From Rhizodiscina lignyota (lineage: Eukaryota): a stretch of 64,000 nucleotides of DNA. Shown piece by piece: positions 61,319 through 64,000 of the stretch. Both the position numbers and the translations under genes were made by a program. The notes under the pieces were generated by a model, which was not told the DNA's origin, searched no databases, and saw only the letters and a list, made by a program, of their open reading frames with translations. How positions within the stretch are numbered: position 1 is the stretch's first letter; every line of letters starts with the position of its first letter. The stretch is from NCBI GenBank assembly GCA_010015805.1, contig ML978139.1:372001-436000 (forward strand), given 5' to 3'.

Positions 61319-62212
61319 GACGCCGATTCGCCAATGGAAAGCCGATGGAAGTTTGCCGATGGAACAGATTGTTGTCGATGATTTGGACGAGTTAGAAGAG
61401 AGGTGCATTGTAAAGGAAAGAGGAAGGACATGCCTGGAGAAAGTCAAAGATATAGTGCCACTTTAGTGTTTGACCGTGTTCCAGAGCTGCTCGGCGAAAT
61501 GTCTTACCTTCAGGGCCGAAACGCGGTGTTATGTGTGCTGTAGCAGTGAGTCTCCCGTTCCTGCCAGCTTCCAAATCGCTGCCTGGCCGATCAGGAGAAC
61601 TTGGAAGTGTGCAATGCAGAGCACTGCCGGTATATTCGCTTTCAACGTCTTGTAACTGTAATTGGCCATCAAACTGAAACTATTCCCACGGCGTCAAAGA
61701 TCAACTCCTAGTCACCCGGCGACATGATCATTAACTTGAAGTGTTTCAGTGCGTTTGCGTGCGGGGACGTCCTGAAACTTAGTATTGAAGACTTCTACGC
61801 TTAAATAGTTGCAGAGGCCTTTTGAATTCGTTCATGTCTCATCGGTCAAGCAGTCGCAGATGGGACAGAAATGGCTGGTGGACCAAGCGATGAGCTGGAC
61901 TGCTGTGGCATATCTCAGGCTCATGGCACTGGCTATTTGAGCGTCCCCACAGAGCTCTCTGTCAGGACGAGTGAAGATGCAGAGGCGCGGCGGTTGAGCG
62001 ATATCGGCGAAAAGTTTTGTCGAGTGGCTTGTCGCTGCACCCCGCGATTGACGTCTCCCACCCTGGCCGCATCCCGGCACCGCCAGACCGGCCTCGCTCA
62101 TATTTTTCTCACCTCTTGACACATGGCCGTGTGACTCTTACCACACCCTCTGCTACAAATAATCACCTCCCCTCCCTTCAATTGCCTTTTCTTCTTCACT
62201 TCCACCTTCACA

Positions 62213-63915
<1,703 letters not shown>

Positions 63916-64000
63916 GCATAAATAGAGCGCAACGTTCTGTGAAGAATTACGAACTGTCGAAAAGTGCTTGCTATTGCATATACGGCATTTTCATCTGGCG

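Overview
This is gene-dense DNA from a filamentous ascomycete (Pezizomycotina-type), with short GT..AG introns and CTAAC/CTGAC branch sites. About 26 apparently intact protein-coding genes can be supported. Housekeeping and signalling genes include a Rab-GAP TBC protein, a RasGEF with an N-terminal GTPase-like domain, a GAS2/GAR protein, an SCP2-type thiolase and homocitrate synthase. Transporter/membrane genes include RTA1, an ACS-family MFS, a MATE and a PTR2. There are many accessory enzymes (P450, SDRs, tautomerase, FMN split-barrel protein, GRE2-like, NmrA-like), three F-box-like orphans and secreted/GPI-type proteins. Decayed genes comprise an SDR pseudogene, a frameshifted esterase and a HET pseudogene. 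The most striking structure is at 22.4-26.35 kb: a RIP-damaged HET-domain gene is split inside its conserved WVD|LVCIHQ motif by a ~2.83-kb insertion. That insertion has a 12-bp inverted repeat starting at its left junction and carries a complete, intact four-exon MFS transporter gene, suggesting a gene-capturing non-autonomous element. Also notable is an intronless ureidoglycolate-lyase-like cupin gene (32.6-33.4 kb) resembling a bacterial family, a horizontal-transfer candidate. Family assignments come from motif recognition only; no searches were run, and some start codons and splice sites are best estimates.
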